Shown one piece after another: positions 58,848-64,000 of a stretch of DNA of 64,000 nucleotides. Both the position numbers and the translations under genes were made by a program. The first letter of the stretch is position 1. Every line of letters starts with the position of its first letter. The DNA is from Oligoflexia bacterium. GTDB lineage: Bacteria; Bdellovibrionota; UBA1018; CAIMNF01. The stretch is from contig CAIMWN010000266.1 of NCBI GenBank assembly GCA_903845155.1, positions 3,517 to 67,516 of the forward strand, given 5' to 3'. The notes under the pieces were generated by a model. The model worked only from the letters and a program-made list of their open reading frames with translations, made no database searches and was not told the origin of the DNA.

Positions 58848-60251
58848 ATGTTCGAAATTCAAGAAAGCAAAATTTTAGGTGCGAAGATTAAAGTAATTGG
58901 TGTAGGTGGTGGCGGATGTAACGCTGTCAATACCATGATCCGTGCGGGACTCAGCGGTGTTGAGTTCATTGCGGCAAATACAGATAAGCAAGTGCTCTCT
59001 AGCGTACTTGCTCCCAACAAAATTGCGATTGGCCAAGAATTGACTCGCGGACTCGGTGCTGGTGCTAATCCAGATATCGGCCGTAAGGCAGCGCTTGAAG
59101 ATTACGCGCAAATTTCAGAAATGCTGACTGGAGCCGATATGGTGTTCATCACTGCCGGCATGGGCGGCGGAACTGGAACCGGAGCGGCGCCTGTGTTCGC
59201 AAAAATTGCTAAAGAAGTAGGCGCACTCACTGTAGGTGTAGTGACGAAGCCATTTCTTTTCGAAGGCAAAAAGCGCATGAAGCAAGCTCTTCAGGGGATA
59301 AATGAACTGCGTGAGAGCGTCGATTCATTGATCATCATTCCAAACAACCGCCTTCTTAATATTTCAGGCGCGTCTTTGTCGATGATGGAAGCGTTCAAAA
59401 AAGCAGATGATATTCTTTTGAATGCAGTTCAAGGGATTTCAGACCTGATTAATCACACTGGTTACATCAACAGCGATTTCGCCGATGTTCGTACCATTAT
59501 GGAAAATAAAGGTCTTGCATTGATGGGTATTGGTTACGGAAATGGCGATCACCGCGCAATTGAAGCGGCAACTTCCGCTATTTCTTCTCCACTTCTCGAA
59601 GATGTGTCGATCAATGGAGCAACCGGAATCATCGTGAACATCACAGGCGGATCAAATTTGACCCTTCATGAAGTAAATGAAGCGACTTCAATCATTCAAG
59701 AAGCGGCAGATGAAGATGCACAAATCATTTTCGGTACTGTCATTGATGAAACAATGAATGATCGTGTGAAAGTTACTGTGATTGCAACTGGCCTAGGTTG
59801 CGATGCAACAGCTGCATTGACTGAGATGAATAACCTTCGTCCAAGAGTTGATGCAAATGCTGCCGCAGCTGCACAGTTAAATGCTGCCAACACAGCCAAT
59901 GCCGCAGCTCACGCTTCAAATGCAGCTCCGACTGTAAATGTTACGAACGCCAATGTTTCAAATGCGATCAATACTGTGAATCAAGCTGCAGCAGCGATTG
60001 TAGTAGCGACCACAGAGAATCATGCTATCGCTCATGAACTCAATGCAAGCGTTGCAACTGATACTGCTCATTTGAATGTAAATGCACCTGTAAATGCTCA
60101 ACCAGTAAATACAGCTGCTACCAATGAGTCTCCCGAACTTGCTCGCGCTCGCGAGATTGCCAAGCGTCTAGGGATGATCAGTACCGACGGCCAAGATTTC
60201 GATGTTCCTGCGTTCATGCGCAGGGGTGCAGACAAAGACGCTAATATTTAA
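58848..60251 (+). CDS. ftsZ: cell division protein FtsZ with extended Ala/Asn-rich C-terminal linker
   Basis: GGGTGTG tubulin signature. NTD... T7 loop. C-terminal peptide DVPAFMRR. Confidence 0.95.
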   Translation: MFEIQESKILGAKIKVIGVGGGGCNAVNTMIRAGLSGVEFIAANTDKQVLSSVLAPNKIAIGQELTRGLGAGANPDIGRKAALEDYAQISEMLTGADMVFITAGMGGGTGTGAAPVFAKIAKEVGALTVGVVTKPFLFEGKKRMKQALQGINELRESVDSLIIIPNNRLLNISGASLSMMEAFKKADDILLNAVQGISDLINHTGYINSDFADVRTIMENKGLALMGIGYGNGDHRAIEAATSAISSPLLEDVSINGATGIIVNITGGSNLTLHEVNEATSIIQEAADEDAQIIFGTVIDETMNDRVKVTVIATGLGCDATAALTEMNNLRPRVDANAAAAAQLNAANTANAAAHASNAAPTVNVTNANVSNAINTVNQAAAAIVVATTENHAIAHELNASVATDTAHLNVNAPVNAQPVNTAATNESPELARAREIAKRLGMISTDGQDFDVPAFMRRGADKDANI

Positions 60252-60281
60252 CTTCAGATTTTTTTGTGAGGAAAAATTGGG

Positions 60282-60320
60282 AAACGCCCGGGAAGAATTT
60301 CTTTCCGGGCGTTTTTTTAA
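60282..60320 (+). terminator. rho-independent terminator after ftsZ, probably bidirectional
   Basis: AAACGCCCGG...CCGGGCGTTT 10-bp stem followed by TTTTTTT. Confidence 0.8.
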
Positions 60321-60332
60321 TTTAATTGGCAA

Positions 60333-61982
60333 TCACTGGCCACTGTCGTCTGATGAAGGTTCAGGCTGTGGATCTGGTTCTGGTTCCTGAGCAGGCGCAG
60401 GTTCTTCTGGAGCAGGTTCAGGTTGTACTTCTGGTTGCGATTCCGGTTGTGGCTCTGGAGTAACTTCAGGCACATCGTTTCCGTTGTTATTGAATGAGTT
60501 ACTAGCATCCTGAGTGTTGTCGACCACTACGTTACCGTTATCGACTGGTGTTTCAGGATTAACTGGTGTTCCCGGGTCAACTGGTGTTCCTGGGTCAACT
60601 GGTTTTTCAGGATCGACCTGCGTTCCCGGATCAACGGTACCACCGTTCGGGTCAGTCCAATTTGGATCGGGTATGTTGCTGTCCGGAGGTAATACTTCGG
60701 GTTGGTCAATTTGCTTAAATAAATCAGTGACATCATCTGGAACCCCATCAACGGGTTGTACCGTATTCGTAGCGGGTTGATCATCTGCAATTGTTTGAAT
60801 TTGATTATCGAGATCATCAGTTACTGCGGTAATGGTGGTGGGGTCATTTTGAGTGTTGTCGTAATAGTTGTCGAACAATGGTGCTGGAGCGATGGAGTCA
60901 AAATAGTCCAGTTGATCGAACATCATGAACCAATACGAGGCGATAGAGTTTCTGATTCCCCAAGAAAAAGGCTGGGTAACCATAGTAAATGGATCCGTCA
61001 TCCAAAGATTATTGCCTTTCGGCCCTACTCTGCTTGCTTGTGCATTTAATTGTGCACGAAGAACAAGTAACTGTTTTGCGCTCAAGTAATCAATAAAGCG
61101 TCCTTTGAGCGTCGCTGGAGTTACGGCTTGATTTGGATACAGCAAAGCATAAGCGCTCATTGCATCCTTGAGCGTAGCTTGCAAGAGTGTTCTGTTGGCA
61201 GTGGCAGTTCGTGGCAAGCTTAAGATTTTTTTGTCGAGTGAAGCAGCAAGGATTTTAATCACTTTTGAAAAGGTAGTGATCTCGGTTTGAAAGGTGCCAG
61301 GCTGAGACAATAAGCTTTCGTGTTGGATGGCTGCAGCTACCAATAACGAGAAGTCATTCATGGCGGTATTTGCGCCGTAAAAAGCACGTTTCCCTGCAAA
61401 GTTAATCAATTTTTTGTTGTCCAAAATCAAAGTGAAATCGTAATTATAGTAATTTGCGTGCGCAATCTCCATGTAACCATTGAGCGTGATTTTCGCAGCG
61501 CTCACGATTTTTCTCGTTTTAAGAATTGAATTGAGATTAGCGGTGGCTTGGAGTGTGCTCTTGCTTAAAAGCGCATTTGCAAACTTGGGCGGAGTAACCA
61601 CTAAATCCGAGCTGGTTGAAGCGGTAGCTTTCTCAGCTAAAATCTGAGGAGTTGGTTTGTTATTGATCACACGATCTCTCAAAAAAGACTGAAGATCTGG
61701 TCCCAAAGTAGTGAGGGTTTTTCCAAGTGCAACAGAAGGCTCAGTTGCCGAATGAAAATAACTCATAATGCCGCCACATTGTTCTCCGTTTAGTTGCTTG
61801 TCGGTTAGGCCAGCATCAAGCAAGCAAGGTTGAAGTTCGGCCTTCAGTGCATTGTTGCTCATGATTTGCTTTGCTATCCCTTGGGCTTCAGTGGTAGTGA
61901 GTGGAGTTTGTGCAAATGAAACCTGCGGAAGTAATAATGACGCAAGTAGAGTGATGGTAATGAAGAGTGAATTACTTAACAT
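60333..61982 (-). CDS. secreted protein with Pro-rich tandem-repeat and acidic PEPQPE-type C-terminal tail
   Basis: Signal peptide SLLLPQVSFA. C-terminal PVDPGT hexapeptide repeats. Tail EPQPESQPEVQPEPAPEEPAP. Confidence 0.5.
   Translation of the reverse strand: MLSNSLFITITLLASLLLPQVSFAQTPLTTTEAQGIAKQIMSNNALKAELQPCLLDAGLTDKQLNGEQCGGIMSYFHSATEPSVALGKTLTTLGPDLQSFLRDRVINNKPTPQILAEKATASTSSDLVVTPPKFANALLSKSTLQATANLNSILKTRKIVSAAKITLNGYMEIAHANYYNYDFTLILDNKKLINFAGKRAFYGANTAMNDFSLLVAAAIQHESLLSQPGTFQTEITTFSKVIKILAASLDKKILSLPRTATANRTLLQATLKDAMSAYALLYPNQAVTPATLKGRFIDYLSAKQLLVLRAQLNAQASRVGPKGNNLWMTDPFTMVTQPFSWGIRNSIASYWFMMFDQLDYFDSIAPAPLFDNYYDNTQNDPTTITAVTDDLDNQIQTIADDQPATNTVQPVDGVPDDVTDLFKQIDQPEVLPPDSNIPDPNWTDPNGGTVDPGTQVDPEKPVDPGTPVDPGTPVNPETPVDNGNVVVDNTQDASNSFNNNGNDVPEVTPEPQPESQPEVQPEPAPEEPAPAQEPEPDPQPEPSSDDSGQ
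60541..60630. repeat. tandem 18-bp repeat (about 5 units) inside a CDS
   Basis: tcRactggtgttYcNggR units repeat head-to-tail. They encode PVDPGT on the minus strand. Confidence 0.7.
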
Positions 61983-62541
61983 GAGTCACCTCACTGCGGA
62001 AATTGAAACCAATGTTTGTTGCTAAATTAGAATTCTTAGCTTGAACACTAGCAGTGGCTTTAGTGGAACTCAGATTCGATGGCAGTGGGCTGTATGCTTC
62101 GAGGAGCGGTCGTCCTGTTGGACCGGTAGGAGTGTTTTTAAGAACGACAAACTTAAATTTGATCTTGAGTGCGGTGGCTGGTTTGTTGATCTGCTTTTCT
62201 AGTGTTTTGGTAATGGTGCTGACGTTTTGGTTAATCTCCAATCCTGAGAATACTCTTGAGTGCGCGTTCACTAAAAATTTTCTGATGGCATTGTTGGTGG
62301 TGTCAGGTGTGTATCCCGCTTTGAGGGTTCCCATGGGTTTGCATACTACAGGAGCACGGTTCGCGTTTTCAGCACAAATTTCTAAACCAAAGGTGAGCGG
62401 CTGTACTGGCAGATTGAGGAATTCGACGGTGTGCCATTTCACTCGCAGTTGATCGTGATTACTAAGTTTGCTTGCTTGAGCGCTGATGCTCATCGCGAGG
62501 CCGGCAATTGTTATGGTGGACCAGATTCGGGAACTCATCAT
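61972..62541 (-). CDS. secreted hypothetical protein
   Basis: Signal peptide MSISAQA. 189 aa. Confidence 0.4.
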   Translation of the reverse strand: MMSSRIWSTITIAGLAMSISAQASKLSNHDQLRVKWHTVEFLNLPVQPLTFGLEICAENANRAPVVCKPMGTLKAGYTPDTTNNAIRKFLVNAHSRVFSGLEINQNVSTITKTLEKQINKPATALKIKFKFVVLKNTPTGPTGRPLLEAYSPLPSNLSSTKATASVQAKNSNLATNIGFNFRSEVTHVK

Positions 62542-62652
62542 TATTCAGCCTTTCGAAATAATTCTATTCGAAACGGATTTTATAATGAAGGAAGAATTTT
62601 GTACACACCATTAATTACACTAGAGTAGTTTAAATGTGTATCATTGAGTGGA

Positions 62653-63888
62653 TCAACGATTGGAGTTGGTTCGCTCGGGGCGAATCATTTCGAAAATGAT
62701 CATGAGGTGATCACCAAACTGTTGGTAATGAGCCAGCTTCGTAAAGAGAGTGCTGGAATTTCCCCACGTTTTATCCTGTTCCCCATAGGTGGTTTCTTCG
62801 AAAAGATAAACATGATCGTAGAGCCCATTTTTTAGCTCATCTTGAATGTTCTTTGGGTCCTGTTTGGCAGTACCGATGGTCATTGCACCCAATCCCAAGG
62901 AAGTAAATTGAACTGGACGGTCATAAATGATGAGGATTCGCTTGGTGTGTTTTTGTTCGATGAAATCGACGAGGAAATGAATGTCTCTATTCAGCGTAAG
63001 CGTGTTCACGAAATCCGTATTGATCGCTTGCGGCGCAAAAAGCACAAGACTGATCAGTGAATAAAGCAAGAGTTGCCCCTTTGCTTTTGGAAAGTAGCGT
63101 GCAATAGCGGTGAATGCGAAAAGGCTAGTGGCAATCGCAAAAGGAATGAAAAGTCGAATTTGCGTTGGATGATCATAAACTCCGGCATGGTGACTCAACA
63201 CAATCAGCATCTGAATAATGAGGGGGATAATGCAAAACCAAGTTTCGGCTAAACCAAAACGGAATTTTTTATAAAAGATGCACGCAATTCCCGCTCCAAT
63301 CATAGTGAAGGTGGCAATTGAGTTATAGGGCAGATTGAATTTGAAAATTCCTTTCACCATCACTCCTAAATGTTGAAGGATGTGTTGAAGTGAGAATGCA
63401 GCTTCATCTGGCGCATTTTCGAAGGAATTAGGAGTGAGTGCTCGTTGCCAGATGTGGAGAGACAGGGTGGCAACCCAAAACCAGATTTCCCAACGGGTAA
63501 AAATGAGACGGGCTTTCTTGCTGAGGATGGCTGCCATTAAAATCATGATTCCTGCGAGGAGTGGATTCTCGTAACGAATGTGAGAAAATGCAACTAAGGT
63601 GAGTAAAAAACAAGAAAGGGTTGCATTTGCACTTTCACTCTCTATTTCTCGCAACCATGCGAGCCCAAGCCAAAGAGAGGCAAAGAAAAAAGCGCTGGAT
63701 ACAATGTCGAAACCGCATGAAGTGGCAAAAATAAGAAAAACAGGTTGCGCAAAGAGGATCATGAGTGAAGAAATCGTTGAAATCATTGAGCGTGTAGCCG
63801 AGTAAGCTTTCCACTGAACCAAAATCGAAAATAGAAAGGTAACAAACAAATTCACGATCACTGCCGAAGACATTTTTACGCCGTTCAC
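62653..63888 (-). CDS. polytopic membrane protein, possibly GT-C-type glycosyltransferase-like
   Basis: Nine or more TM helices followed by a ~100-aa soluble C-terminal domain. No motif assigned with confidence. Confidence 0.3.
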   Translation of the reverse strand: MNGVKMSSAVIVNLFVTFLFSILVQWKAYSATRSMISTISSLMILFAQPVFLIFATSCGFDIVSSAFFFASLWLGLAWLREIESESANATLSCFLLTLVAFSHIRYENPLLAGIMILMAAILSKKARLIFTRWEIWFWVATLSLHIWQRALTPNSFENAPDEAAFSLQHILQHLGVMVKGIFKFNLPYNSIATFTMIGAGIACIFYKKFRFGLAETWFCIIPLIIQMLIVLSHHAGVYDHPTQIRLFIPFAIATSLFAFTAIARYFPKAKGQLLLYSLISLVLFAPQAINTDFVNTLTLNRDIHFLVDFIEQKHTKRILIIYDRPVQFTSLGLGAMTIGTAKQDPKNIQDELKNGLYDHVYLFEETTYGEQDKTWGNSSTLFTKLAHYQQFGDHLMIIFEMIRPERTNSNR

Positions 63889-64000
63889 GAGGTGAGCGAG
63901 ATGGATTAGGTAAGGAAAGAAGAGAGGGCGGGTGGGGATTTCTAGATTGTTGGGATGAAAGGCATCGAAATAAAACTTTGCTTCGGTGATATTGAATGGC

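Noticed and set aside
1-64000. CRISPR arrays, IS elements and restriction-modification or toxin–antitoxin pairs
   Set aside because: No regularly spaced direct repeats, transposase, DDE or recombinase motifs, methyltransferase motifs or small paired ORFs of toxin–antitoxin type were found.

Overview
This is a 64 kb chromosomal segment of a Gram-negative bacterium of moderate GC, with both strands densely coding. It encodes many secreted proteases and lipoproteins, plus Pal/CpoB, an Flp pilin and ftsQAZ; the taxon is an inference, possibly Bdellovibrio-like. Core housekeeping genes are recognisable: alaS, trx, ssb, ribD, pal–cpoB, tsaD–rsmA, smpB, rpoZ, proC, cinA, acs, tRNA-Lys(UUU) and ftsQ–ftsA–ftsZ. 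Several accessory-looking islands lie between them. No transposase, integrase, CRISPR array or recognisable restriction-modification or toxin gene was seen. The candidates for undescribed biology are:
- 8146–12208: a tightly coupled four-gene operon of unknown secreted proteins and lipoproteins ending in an 807-aa HExxH protein. Two members share an RNPxxSExxLLYWRY motif.
- 26240–27793: a secreted protein of extreme low complexity, with Gln/Pro/Ala repeats, a Tyr/Trp/Asn/Gly/Arg-rich block and a coiled coil.
- 27853–30934: a matrixin-like metzincin operon in which two proteins end in a hydrophobic helix plus a basic tail, as in a C-terminal sorting signal.
- 39668–40798: an orphan flp–tadE pilin pair.
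- 41547–44877: a CHASE2 class III cyclase with a cNMP-binding partner.
- 34431–35314: a gene split by a frameshift.
All functional calls come from motifs read directly in the translated ORFs. No database search was possible.
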